DNA of 64,000 bases, from contig CM041465.1 in NCBI GenBank assembly GCA_023213395.1, positions 169,081,741-169,145,740 of the forward strand, written 5' to 3'. The notes under the pieces are model-generated. The model saw only the letters and a list, made by a program, of their open reading frames with translations. It made no database searches and had not been told where the DNA came from. Every line of letters begins with the position of its first letter. Within the stretch, counting starts at the first letter, position 1. The translations under genes and the position numbers were made by a program. This document shows positions 26,936 to 39,479 of this stretch, one piece after another. The DNA comes from Cycas panzhihuaensis. Lineage: Eukaryota; Plantae; Cycadophyta.

Positions 26936-27799
26936 CTGCCCCCTTGGTAGTTGATCTGAATCTTGAATGGGAAAGTAAAAACTTTAACCAATTGAAACAA
27001 AATCCAGAACAATTTACATATTATTACATAGAATTAGAAATATTTAGAATTTTCTTACAAAACTCCTTTGTTTATGCTATGTTGAGCATGCAAGGGACTA
27101 CTGCAGTATTTTGGGACAGAGAAAATGAGAGCTGGGCACTCCTTGAGCTACTACCCATTCGCTGGAACCTCTGTCTCGAAGTCTACAAAACTGTTTTTGG
27201 TCTTTTGTTACTAAAAACCCCGTTTTGGTGAGGAAGAACTGGCTAGCGTCTCTTTTTGGGACTGCTGCTCTTGCTGTCTTCTCTTCTTGGCTGCAGCTAT
27301 GATTTTTTGGGCTCCTTCAAGATCCCCACAACAGGTTTTTTTTCTGTTGTGTTTCTGCTATGTTCTCTCCCAACGCAGATTTTCACACTTTGGAGCCGTT
27401 CTCCTTCTGGAAAGTCGATTTCTTGAAGCTTTCCTCAATTCTTTCTCTGTGTTGCATCTAGGGTTGCGGCGTCCTCTTATTTCTTTCAAAAATATCTGTC
27501 GAGATCCCCCGAATTCCTCTCCAGAAATTCACTTAAAAGCGTTTTCATTTGGGGCTGTTTTTCTGTTTTTTCAGTTTTCTAATGGGTTTCAAAACGGTTT
27601 GATAAATCTTGGAAAAATCCTTTTATTTTGGAGTTTTTCCTCTTTGAATACGTAGAGGACATGTGTGCGCACCCTCTCCTCAAATTTCGTGCCAAACGAT
27701 TACTGTTTGTGCTGCCAAAACCATTTCCATTTTTGTTATTTTTTCTCTTTTTGACTTAGCATGTGATCTACGTAGTTGGCGTAGATCTCCATGTTGGCG

Positions 27800-27975
27800 T
27801 TGCAGTTCTGTAGTAGCCTGTAATAGCTCTGTAGTAGCCTATAGTAGCTCTGTAGTAGCCGTAGCACTTGCGTAACACCTTGGTAGCACCTTGGTAGCAG
27901 TTATAGCACCTTAGTAGCACCTTAGTAGCAGTTGTAGCACCTTAATAGTAGCTTGGTAGCAGTTATAACACCTTT
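27800..27975. repeat. Short 10-11-bp tandem repeat array (gtagcacctt-type) in CRM LTR; counterpart at ~33730-33890
   Basis: Direct reading; followed by a ~41-bp tandem duplication at ~28010-28090. Confidence 0.85.
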
Positions 27976-28178
27976 TTGTACTTGTAGAAATACATTTTTT
28001 TTACATTTTTAAGCCTTTTAAAGGCATATTTCTACTAAATGAAGACCATTAAGCCTTTTTAAGGCAATTTTCTACTACATAAAGACCATTTATATGAAAA
28101 ACAAAGTATTTAGAGTATTTTAAAGATCTGAAACGGATCAGAACTCCCCTTTTTTAGGAGTTCATGGCCTCATGAACT

Positions 28179-31100
28179 TTATAGTTGTAGATGAGGGAAT
28201 TTGATTTTCCCTATTTCCTTATTATACCATTTTGCTTTGATGGGTACTTGTCCTTTCTCTACAATTCTGAAGGACTCGATTATGCCTCTTCGAGTCTCGG
28301 TCTGCTTCCTTTGAAGAATGCAATCATTTTGTATTGGTTCCTCTTTCTCTATCCTCAACTCCTCTGGGTTTGGTAAGAGTGGAACTCCATCTTCATCTTC
28401 ATCCAACATGGATGGCTCGAACATCTTCAGATTCTCAACATTCACTATGGAATACATCTTCATAAATTCTGGAAGTTCAAGCTAGAAATCATTTTCCCCA
28501 ATTTTCTTCAGGATTATAAAAGGACCATATCGTAAAGGCTTAAGCTTTTTGCCTTCACCTTGCAATCTTTTCTTACTGAGATGCAACCAAACTCTATCTC
28601 CTTCCTTAAAAGAATGGCTGCTTCTATGTGCATCATGTCGCTGCTTGTATCTCTGTTGAGATTTTTGAAGCTGTTCTTCAACTTGTTGATGGATTTTTCT
28701 AATTTTTTACAAGAATCTTTATGCCTTTTCATCTCCTTCTTCTTTATTTCCATTTCCTGTAGAAAGTTGAGCAGAGAATTCTAAATTGAAAGGACTTGTA
28801 GGCAGAAATCCCAAACATACCTCAAATGGTGATTTCTGGGTTGAGCTATGGATAGCTCTGTTGAATGCAAATTACAAGTATAGGAGACTTTCATCCCAAG
28901 TTTTAGGATGCTTGGCATTGTATCCTCATAACAGTTGTACCGATGTCCTGTTGACAACGTCAGTCTGGCTATCTGTTTGAGGATGAAAAGCTGTACTCAT
29001 CTTTAGCTTCGTATCCATCATTCCCCAAAGTGTTTTCCAAAAATGACTCAAAAATCTACTGTCTCGATTAGAAATAATTAAGTTGGGAAGTCCAAAATAC
29101 TTCCAAACATGCTGGAAAAACAATCTAGCTATGTCTTCTCCTGTATGTGTTTTCCTATAGGGAATCAACATCACCGTTTTACTGAATCAATCAACAACTA
29201 CAAACAAATAATGCATACCATTTTTGGTTTGTGGTAGTCCTCCCAAGAAATCCATGGAGATGCTTTCCCATGGTCGTGATGGAATAGGAAGTGGAATGTA
29301 CAATCCAAACTTCCTATTGACTGGCTTTGATGTAATACATAATGTACACCCTCATACTACTGTAGTCACATCTTGCTGCATGTTTGGCCAATACATATAT
29401 CGCTACAAGTTTAGCAACGTCTTTCCCACTCCAAAGTGTCTTGCAACTCGAGAGGTGTGAGCTTCTCTTATCCACTTCATTCGGTCTGCATTCTTTGGAA
29501 TGCAAAGCTTATCTTGCTTACAAAGAAGTCCATCTTTCAGTTTGAAATCTACAACTACTTTTCCTTACTGTAGCTGCTCAAAGATAGGCTTGAATGCCTC
29601 ATCTTTCAAATATAAATCAACATATTCATCATGGCAGAAAGGTTGAAATTACATAGCTACCAACAAACTGGAATTACCTTGTTGTTGAGGAGGTCTGGAC
29701 AGCAAGTCTACAATCTTATTCGTCACTCCTTTCTTGTATTTAACCACGATGTAAAACTGCTGCAAATAGGACATCCACTTCATGTGCTTAGCCTGCTGCA
29801 ACTTGGACTGAGTCTGCAAAAATTGTAAAGGCTTGTGGTCGGTGTGGATGACCACTTCATTTCCTAACAAATAAGGTCTCCAATGCTTCACTGCTTAGTG
29901 CAATGCATAAAGCTCCTTATCATAAGTTGGGTAGTTTATGATAGCTCCATTAAATGTCTCTGAATGGTAAGCTATCAGTTTTCTTTCTTACTTCAATACT
30001 GCTCCCATGGCATAGCCTGAAGCATCAGTCTCCAATTCAAATGGCTTCTGCAGTGAGGGTAAAGCTAACACTGGTGCCTCACAGATTTTCTGCTTCAAAA
30101 GCTTGAAAGCTTTTTCTTGTTCATTCTCCCAATAAAATTTTGCATGTCCTCCCGTCAATGCATGAAGAGGTGCTGCAATTTGAGAGAATTTGAAAATAAA
30201 TTTTCTTAAATACTGACATGCACCAATGAAACTTCTTACCTCTGTGGTTGTCTTGGGTGTGGGCTAATTGAGAATGACTTTGATCTTTGCTGGGTCAATC
30301 TTCAATTCTCCTCCTCCAACCACGAAACCTAAGAAGACGAGAGATTGCTTTCCAAACTTGCACTTCTTTAGATTTAGTTTTAACTGCTGCTCTTAGAGAA
30401 CTTTGAGTACTTTCTCAACATGTTGGAGGTGCTCCTCCTATGTTTGGCTAAAAATCAGAATATCATCTAGATAAACAATTACAAAGTTATCAATGGAGGG
30501 TCTTAATACCTCATTCATCAACCTCATGAAGGTGGCAGGTGCATTACACAGACCAAACGGCACCACCAACCATTCAAATAATCCTTGCTTCGATTTGAAG
30601 GCTGTCTTCCAATTATCCTCCTCTCAAATTCGAACCTGATGATAACCTGATTTTAGGTCTATTTTACTAAAATATCTTGCTGACTGCAGCTGGTCCAACA
30701 AGTCATCTATCCGCGGTAAGGGATGTCTATTCTTTATGGTGATTTTGTTCAAAGTCCGGTAGTCAATGCATATTCTCCATCCTCCATCTTTCTTTGGCAC
30801 CAAAACAATAGGTGATCCACATGGGGAACAACTCAGCTTGATCACTCCTTGTTTTAAGAGTTCTTGAATCTGCCTCTTAATCTCTTCATTCTCCAAAACT
30901 GAGTTTCGGTTGAGACTAAGATTCAAAGAAAGGTGAATCAAGAATCACCGGATTTCATGTTCAATTGCCCTTTTAGGGGGCAGCCCTTAAGGTTCTTGGA
31001 ATACGTCATTGTACCTATTCCTTAGGTCTTCAATCTGCTGCACTTGCTTCTTATCCGATTCGTATTGAGGACTCGCTTGCTCATTTTTTCCACCTTTGGC

Positions 31101-32755
31101 TTTATCATCGGTGAGACAAACTTCCTACAAGCATTAATTAATCTTTTTGCTTGTTGGGAAGATATGAGAGAAATCTTCTTCTGTGGTTTTGATGCATTGA
31201 TCAGATATGATCTCCTGTCCTTGATGAGTCAAATCTTTCCTAGCCTCCTATGGTGAACTCCATCTCTATCATAGAGATATGGGCTGCCAAACACAACTTG
31301 ACAAACATCCAAAGGGACTACTTCACATTTAACTTCATCAATGAACTTTTCAGAAATTGCAAATTTAAACTTACATTGGTGAGTAACCTGTAACTCTGAA
31401 TCTTTTTGCAACCATCCAAGAGGATATAGTTTTGAATGTGCATGCATCTTTAATCCCAGTTTCTTTACCAATGCTTCTGAGATTAAATTCTTTTGACTTC
31501 CTCCATCAAAGATGGCATCAACCATGCTTTGCTTCACTTGGATTCTTACCATGAAGAGCTCCTCTCTAATCTCTGGATCAACTTGTTGATGGTTACTTTC
31601 AGGCTCCACATTAGCCATGAGCATTAATTTCTCATTGGCTTCTTTAATGCCGCAAACATTTTCATCACCTACAGAGTTAAGTAAAGTTTTACCTTTAGTT
31701 TTAACTTTACCTTTCCCCTTGTTCTTGGGTCATTTTTCTGGGTGTAGAAACCAACAGTCTTCTATCTTTGTGACCCGCTTAAAATGAGTACAAGTGATTT
31801 TGATTTGGGTGGTATTAGCTTGTTTCATCTTGCCAAAACCTCTAATGGATTGTTGTCCAACTTTACTTGGAAACTTCATTCCTTGGGCAGGTTTATTACT
31901 ACCTTCTGGAGGTGCAAACCTTTTCCTTTCGGCATAAACCTTCTTATTCCTCTTTTCTGTGGCAATCGCTTTCTTGCTGGATTCGTTAAGCGATTTGACT
32001 TCGAACAGCTGAAGTTCTTACTGAATATGCTGGTGCAGTCCTCCAATATATTTTAGCATCATATCTTTACCCAGTAAAGAGATGCCCAACACAATAGCTT
32101 ATTTTTAAAATTCTGTTGTGTAATCTTAGACATTTTAGCCTCTTTCCTGTCGGTAATATTGCCATTTAATCCTCTGTTGTTCTTCATATCCAATAGGATA
32201 GAATTTCTTCTTTATGAGGATTTTAAACTGTTGCCAAGTGATTTCATTTATATTATGGGATTTAATGTATGCATTCCACCAAACTAATGCATGTTTAGAT
32301 AATTTTAACCTAGCAAAAGTTATTTTCTGCTGGTTTTTATACCCATAAATGGAAAAATAAGTTTCTAGTTGGTCCAACCAACTATCTAATTTTTTAGCAT
32401 CCAACGTTCCATCATAGATGGGCAATTCAAGTTTTGCCTCTACCTTGAATGGATGTGAGAATACTGCCGAATTGTCATCTTCATCATTTTCTTGTTGGAC
32501 TTCTACCATCTCTTCATTCGTCTCCTTTTCCATCGGTTCTTCTTCTTCCTTCTTTACCCCTTTGGCTGTTGAAGAAGAAGTTGCAACTAGTTGTGCCACA
32601 AGCTGGGTTAGCCTGTCGAGGTTTTGCTCCATTTTCATGAACCTTTCCTCCATTTTCTGCTCTGGATCAGCGATCTTCCTTCGCTATTTTCTTTCTCTTT
32701 CTAGAGGCTCGGTTAGAGGTTCACCCGTTAATAGATATTGATATCTAGTTTTCAT
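28179..32755 (-). pseudogene. CRM-like gag-pol (gag, PR, RT, RH, INT, C-terminal chromodomain-like tail), disrupted
   Basis: ORF-track pieces: KLELPIYDG gag, AIFDGGSQKNLIS protease, [13 protein letters not shown] and VYLDD RT, HTDHKPL RH, STAFHPQTD INT, ILQRKQTETRRG...KW...KFPHL tail. Confidence 0.95.
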
Positions 32756-34351
32756 AAAAACTTCTACAATGAAAGTAAGAGGATTTTTTTTTCTTCTTCT
32801 TTTCTTTCTTTTTCTTTAAAATCACTAAGTTCCCAAGGGTTTCAAGAAACTAGCTCTGATACCAAAAATATTGATCTGAATCTTGAATGGGAAAGTAAAA
32901 ACTTTAACCAATTGAAACAAAATCTAGAATAATTTACATATTATTACATAGAATTAGAAATATTTGGAATTTTCTTACAAAACTCCTTTGTTTGTGCTCT
33001 GTTGAGCATGCAAGGGACTGCTGCAGTGTTTTGGGAGAGAGAAAATGAGAGTTAGGCACTCCTTATGCTGCTGCTCATTCGCTGGAACCTCTGTCTCGAA
33101 GTCTACAAAACTGTTTATGGTCTTTTGTTACCAAAAACCCCGTTTTGGTGAGGAAGAACTAGCTAGCGTCTCTTTCTAGGACTGTTGCTCTTGCCGTCTT
33201 CTCTTCTTGGCTGCAGCTATGATTTTCTGGGCTCCTTCAAGATCCCCGCAACAAGTTTTTTTTCTGCTGCGTTTCTGCTGTGTTCTCTCCCAACGCAGAT
33301 TTTCACACTTTAGAGCCGTTCTCCTTCTGGAAAGTTGATTTCTTGAAGCTTTCCTTAATTCTTGCTCCATGCTGCGTCTAGGGTTGCAGCATCCTCTTAT
33401 TTCTGTCAAAAATCTCTGTCAAGATCCCCCAAATTCCTCTCCAGAAATTTGCTTAAAAGCGTTTTCATTTTGGGTTGTTTTTCTGTTTTTCTGTTTTTCT
33501 AACGGGTTTCAAAACGGTTTGATAAATCTTAGAAAAATCCTTTTATTTTAGAGTTTTTCCTCTTTGAATACGTAGAGGACACGTGTGCGCACCCTCTCCT
33601 CAAATTTCGTGCTAAACGGTTACCATTTGTGCCGCCAAAACCATTTCCGTTTTTGTTATTTTTCCATTTTTTGACTTCTGCGTAGCAATCTCCATGATTC
33701 GTAGTAGTCTCTGCAATGGCGTGATTCTGTGACTGTAATAGCTCAGAGTGACTGTAGTAGCTCCGTAGCAGCCATAGCACTTGCGTAACACCTTGGTAGC
33801 ACCTTGGTAGCAGTTATAGCACCTTAGTAGCACCTTGGTAGCAGTTGTTGCACCTTAATAGCAGCTTGGTAGCAGTTATAGCACCTTTTTGTACTTGTAG
33901 AAATAAATTTTTTTTACATTTTTAAGCCTTTTAAAGGCATATTTCTACTAAATGAAGACCATTAAGTCTTTTTAAGGTAATTTTCTACTACATAAAGACC
34001 ATTTACATGAAAAACAAAGTATTTAGAGTATTTTAAAGATCTGAAACGGATCAGTAGTAGAGCCTCACTGCTTAGAAGCATAACACGATAGTCCATTCCC
34101 AGTAGTTAGGAAACACTACCCCCATCGCATGAGTATAAGATAATTAATGGTGATGGTCATAATTACAATCAAATAAATGCTATGAATAAGGTGTTATGTA
34201 TATAGGGGAACTAGAATAATAAGGATTGTGTATCGAGAGAGATACGAATGGTAGGGTGAAGAAAATAAACTTGATGGTCACCATAGTTTAGCCTCATTAG
34301 TGGCCAGCTTTTAGAGGTATGAACAGATTGTAATCTAGAAAATGGAATGAC

Positions 34352-34810
34352 CTATAACCTGGGTGCCTGGGCAACTAGATAGGTTCCCCAAGGGGGATCA
34401 TTGAGGAGAGGAAGGCGACACTCAAGGATGAGACAGACAAGGCCATCTGCCTCAATGTTGCAGTCCTAAGGGACATGTCGAATATCACCAGAAGAGAAAT
34501 AAGATAAAAGGGACCTAACAGCCAAGGTGAGGGCTCTTAGGCATGGGCAATGCACTTGATAAACCTAGGTGAGATGAGACACGATGACCTGAGAGTCACA
34601 AAGAAGAATGATGGGACTATGGTGGAAGCAAAGTGTGTCGGTAAGGGCTTCAATAACAACTATGTACTCAGCTTCGTTATTAGTGGTTTTGAGAAGGAAG
34701 ACCCTAGAATGCATGTAGTTGTATCCAAAGGGATCACGAAGGATCCACACAACAGAAGAAGGGCCTGGGTTACCACAACTTCCATCATCGGTAAAGATAA
34801 GTAATGCCAT
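34352..34810 (-). pseudogene. Archaeal-type RNase H (aRH) as a stand-alone ORF
   Basis: MALLIFTDDGSCGNPGPS...TNNEAEY...CDSQVIV...IRHVP*DCNIEADGL; the D/E/D/D catalytic positions are recognisable; two stops and one frameshift. Confidence 0.9.
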
Positions 34811-35383
34811 AAGAGAGATAAAGGTCTCAGTGAGACGAATGAGAAAGAAGAGTAACGACAGAGTCGATAAACAAAGAGGGGTAAATATGAGTGAGAGAGC
34901 TATAAAGCACTCAGATATCTATAAATAAGGATTGTGAAGGGTAGGGGAGCCCTAAAAGGAAGCTACCTAGGGATAAGGAGATCGACCTAATAGAAGGAAA
35001 GGAAATAATGGTGAAAAGGCCCCTTTGGGGTCCCAAAGGTTGCCAAAAGAGGCAAGGCGAGGTCTTGGATGAGGGAGGCGCTTCCTTTGGGAGCCCCTAA
35101 GGCTCGAATGGGTAGTGAAAAGGGGTTTAGGATGATGAAATGAGCCAAATGAGTATAAACATATCAATGTTTTAATATGGTACAAGAACCAAGATAGAAG
35201 AGGTCTACAAAAGACTAAAGGGGTCATCACAATGATACCAAGGAAGTTAAAAAAAAAAAAAAGGGAGGCCACAGAAGTAAAATAAGGGATGGACCTAGAA
35301 GGCAAAAATAATATGGGAAAAGAGGTGGTCGTAGGGGCTATCATGCTGGAAGGAAAGGAGGAAGTGCCTAACAGAGCCTCCAC

Positions 35384-35393
35384 CTATATAAAG
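35384..35393 (+). promoter_or_regulatory. Candidate TATA box upstream of PMD ORF
   Basis: ctatataaag; a positional counterpart (ccatatataagg on minus, ~49650) exists in the outer element. Confidence 0.35.
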
Positions 35394-35902
35394 GAAACTT
35401 GGCAAAAATGAAGTTCATTTTCATAGGCTCATAATTGATCTGAAGCCCTTTGCCTTATGTAACAGAGCACCGCCCAACTTCAGAGGCACGTAGTAGGAGA
35501 TCTGACTGTTGAATCGAGACACAGAGATAACTAATAAGACTGGGATGATGAGATGGCAGTAGCAAGGCTAGACCCAGTGAGTGGATCATCCCCTACCCAC
35601 TCCATTTTTCATTGATTATATTTAATATGTTTTTATGCTTTTTAAGGTGATTTTTGGCCTCTTAAGGGCAATTTAGGATTCTTTAGAGCCTAATTTGGTC
35701 CTAGAGAGGGGGAGGACTAGGGCATTAGGTAGCCTCAGTCCTAGTGGACCTGACTGTGGTCCACTTAGATGAAATTTGGGGATTTTTGGGCATCTTCCTC
35801 CCCTTTAATGGGGGTTACAGTGGCTCCATGGTAAATATTATGATGTTGTAAAGTTTGCCATGGGGTTGCTAGAGGAATGCAAAAAACTTAGTAGGGCCTA
35901 TG

Positions 35903-35930
35903 TCAAACTCTATGGTACCATAGAGTTTGA
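35903..35930. repeat. Perfect 28-bp palindrome
   Basis: tcaaactctatggt|accatagagtttga. Confidence 0.95.
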
Positions 35931-36139
35931 TACAAGGCAGACAACAAATAGTGCAAAAAAGAAGAAATGAGGCCCAAAAGGATGACTTGGTTCATCTAAG
36001 TGGGGCATGAGGCATCCTAAGGGCAACTAGGCATGTTATGGTAGATACTTAGACTAATATTTGGGTTGTTTTATAGGTGGTTCTTGTGGTGGACAACTGC
36101 AAGAATATCAGAGTTATAATAAATAGTTTTATTAATATG

Positions 36140-38000
36140 ATATCGAGGGGAGACAGACAGATACTGGGGCGATGTAGACTATTAAAGATTATTAGGACAC
36201 TGTAGTATGCATTAGATCATCATTTCCTTGTGGACGTAGTCATCCATTAGGACCACGAGTGGCACATTTTCCACCTTCCCCAAGTGGGGGATGTCATGAT
36301 CACACCAAGAGATATTAAGAGGATCCTGGGTGTACCAACAGGTGGAGTGCCAGCATCACTAGGTACATTGCCTAGCAATGATTCTTCACATAAGGAGGTG
36401 ACCACATGTTTTACTAGTTAGGACAGATTGGATCGACGAGAGGTATCGGTCCATACTATGGTGATCTCAAGGATTCCTTAGGTGAGGAAGCTTATTACAC
36501 TAGGCATTATGTTCTAGATCTCCCAAAAATAGAACTACAGAGGTGTCCTAGGCAAATGGATGGAGATAGTTAGGAGGTGTGAGGCCATAGAGAGACTGGA
36601 TTAGGCTGCCTTGATAGTGCCAAACAAGGTTACCCAGCTAGATGCTATTAAGGTGGCACAGAGAGGAGGTTTCTCATATTGTACATTCCTACAGTGCTAG
36701 TTTTTTTATCATTTTAAGGTGGTAGAACCACCAGGAGGACCATGTCCTATCTCAGTGTAAGCTCCCATGGTGCATAGGTGGCAAACTCAATTTATAGGGA
36801 CTGAGGACCAGGCACACATCAAATGGTCGATGGAGATGACATCGCTAGATCTCCACACTTAGAAGACTGCATAGTAGATCCATATAGAGGAGTGAGTTTA
36901 GATAGTGACGATAAGGCAGGATGAGCAAGAGGTGGTCCTAAAGACGAAGGTGATGATGAAAGAGGTAATAGAGGTGATGATGTAAGCCCATCAAGAGTGG
37001 CAGGCCTGTGAGAAGCTGCAGGAGGTGAGGCAGGTCTATCAAGGGCTATAAAAGGAGAGGCAGGTCCTTCAGGAGTCATAGAAAGAGAGGCAGGTCCTTT
37101 AGGGGCTGTAGGAGAAGGTATTCCACCATGTACACTAACACGGAGGCTAAGGGTAGTAGGTAAATCGCTGGCAGTGATAGCAATAGAGGGAGGAGGAGAT
37201 GTCTTAGTAGGACCAGAGGTAGGCGAGGTGGTACCTGAGGCTAAAGAGGAGGTACCAACAACTAAAGGAGGCCCCATGGAGGAGGTGGTTATCTGAGTCA
37301 AGGAGACATCCATCCTAGGAGGTGAGACACTACCCTTTCCTAACACTTTTCAACCACCAGATAGTTGGATAGTTTGCTTTGATTTGGTTTTAAGGATTTG
37401 GTAGACGTATAGACTAATATGTAGTGTGTTTGACTTGGTAAAAGTAGCAGAGATGGCAAGGTTAATCAAGGCAATAGTCCAAGAGGTATTCCCCCAAGTC
37501 TACGTGGAGGGGCAACCTCTTATCTAGGATAGAGAGGAGTGTCGATCGATGGGGGCACATACCATAGCATTTGCCCTACTTCTCAGGGCCAGGGATGTGT
37601 GGGTAGCAAAGTCCAAGGAGAACTAGGTAAGAGCCAGACAGCTATAGGGGGAGCTAGATGGGATCCACGTGGAGAGGGACTAGGCAATTATAGGGAGGGA
37701 TACCCTACGAGGCCAAGTCCAGGCATTAGAGGCTCAAGGTAGAGGAGTAGTAGGTGGCGATGTAGAGGGTCACATCAAGATAGCCATGCTAGAAGAGAGA
37801 CTCTTAGGAGCGGAGAGGGAGAGAGATTGTATCCAGGTGCAATATGATCAACTAGTGGAGTAGATTGTAGTGAGGTCATCGCAGAGTAAGACTCAGACCC
37901 AGATGACAATGGTGACCCCAAGGAGGCCTCAAGACAAGAGGAGCAAGGTAGGGAGCTCACAGCGGTATAGGAGGTGCCTAGGAGGCATATGGTCTCCTAG
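36140..38000 (+). pseudogene. Plant mobile domain (PMD, MAIN-like) ORF remnant, antisense to inner Tat gag; acidic/low-complexity tail
   Basis: DHHFLVDVVIH*DHEWHIFHLPQVGDVMITPRDIKRILGVPTGG (compare ERW.PETHTFHLP.GEMTITL.DV..ILGLP..G); later D*AALI and GGFSYCTFLQC*F. The 3' end is approximate. Confidence 0.85.
37021..37110 (+). repeat. 30-bp tandem repeat x3 (GEAGPS-type codons)
   Basis: gaggcaggtc recurs at 30-bp spacing. Confidence 0.85.
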
Positions 38001-39479
38001 GGAGGGATCGCACCAACTAAGAGATGATACCCCCTAAGAGTAGGGGCATCGAGGAGCACCTTATGGCTAGTTTTTATTGGGAAATCATTGGACCTCCAGG
38101 GAGTCACCATATATTGCCATATGATTATACTTCTTGTAAGGATTCCAGCATCCCTAGGATGATGTACTATATTATTTTATGTCATATGCCTCATTATATA
38201 TATAGACAGGGGCCTATTGGCACCCCGTTTGATGTATGATGATGGTGCTATGGTGGTGTATAATGGTGTATGATGTTACATTTTCTATTTACTTATTTAG
38301 ATGTATATGTGCATGCACACATAGATGCACGAGTGTATGAGGGGCTATACATCATGATGATTTAGTTGGTTGTTATATGGTTTTTGTTATTAGATCATAT
38401 ATGTGATGCCTACACTTCCTTTCATGCAGGGCCATACTCATAATGGGCACACACGACCACTAGGAGCATAGGTGATAGGCACATGTGAGGCTAAGAGATG
38501 GGGAGCCATACAAGTCTATCGAAGGAGCATAGCAGGATATGCAAAGGAAGTGACAATAGAGAAAGAAAGTATAGGTACTCAAGCATCAAGTCCTAGCTAG
38601 AGTGTGCTTCTGAGCTTGGGAGTTATAGAAACCAACATATCCAACAAGGAGGAAAGGTTTCCCTTATGAGGGAAACAAAAGATGCCATAGCAGAAAATGT
38701 AGAGATAAGGAAAGCCACCCTAAGTTGTCATTCAACCCATGATTTAGGGGAATGAGGATGCACTTAGAGTGGTAGGTTAGGCTCATTTCAGAGTGAAAAA
38801 GGAGGAATCAGTATGCCCAACCTACTCAGGAGTAAGGATAGGTCACACAAGACATAGGGATGGATGACGAAGTGCAGGCCCTATATGTTTAGGCCTATAG
38901 GTAGAATGGTCTTAGTCAGAATTAGATGAGTGTGATGGACCTAACACGTGACGAGTCACATGGCAAGGTCGTATCTAAATAGGATTGGCTTTGGTTCAAG
39001 ATGAGGACCTAGAGCCTAAAGAAGAAGTACCTCTATGAGTGGCTTATTAGCATGGACGCCTACTTGAAGCCACCCAGGGAAAGTGAGAAGATGAAAGAAA
39101 TGGCTGGTTCAGAACCAACAGCTTGGGAGCTAATGTAAAATAAAGAGAAGAGGGGATATATGATCAGAATATCTCCTTAGGTGTATGTGAAACTCGGGTA
39201 ACACACTAAGGAGGGGGCTCATAGCCCTCACTATCTAACTCAAAATCACTTATGGCAACTAGGTAACCATAATTACCCATGCTGATAGAGGCAAGCCTAA
39301 CTAGGTTTGGCTCATGACAAGGCATAGATTCTATTTGATAAAGGTCAATCTCCTAAAAAAATGACCCCATAGAAGGGATAGCCTCCTCAGGATCATTATC
39401 TTCATCATCGAAGATAGCCTGGCAGGCTAGATGAGAAGTGTGAGATGGAAAAGGCTCATGGGTGATAACCTTAACATGT

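Larger units (their letters stand above)
26952..34053 (-). mobile_element. Full-length chromovirus, CRM-like Ty3/gypsy
   Basis: LTRs 26952-28140 / 32872-34053 with TGATC...GATCA ends; perfect TSD GTAGT; Met PBS gctctgatacca 32853-32864; PPT 28141-28156. Confidence 0.97.

Noticed and set aside
27800-27975. CRISPR-like appearance of short repeats (also 51890-52095 and 55943-56070)
   Set aside because: Eukaryotic retrotransposon context, degenerate units and no cas genes.
34352-34810. Recent horizontal transfer of a prokaryotic RNase HI
   Set aside because: Archaeal-type RNase H is an established component of plant Tat elements, and this copy is decayed like its host.
36819-37346. 175-aa Ser/Pro-rich minus-strand ORF
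   Set aside because: It is the antisense shadow of the purine-rich tail of the plus-strand PMD ORF.
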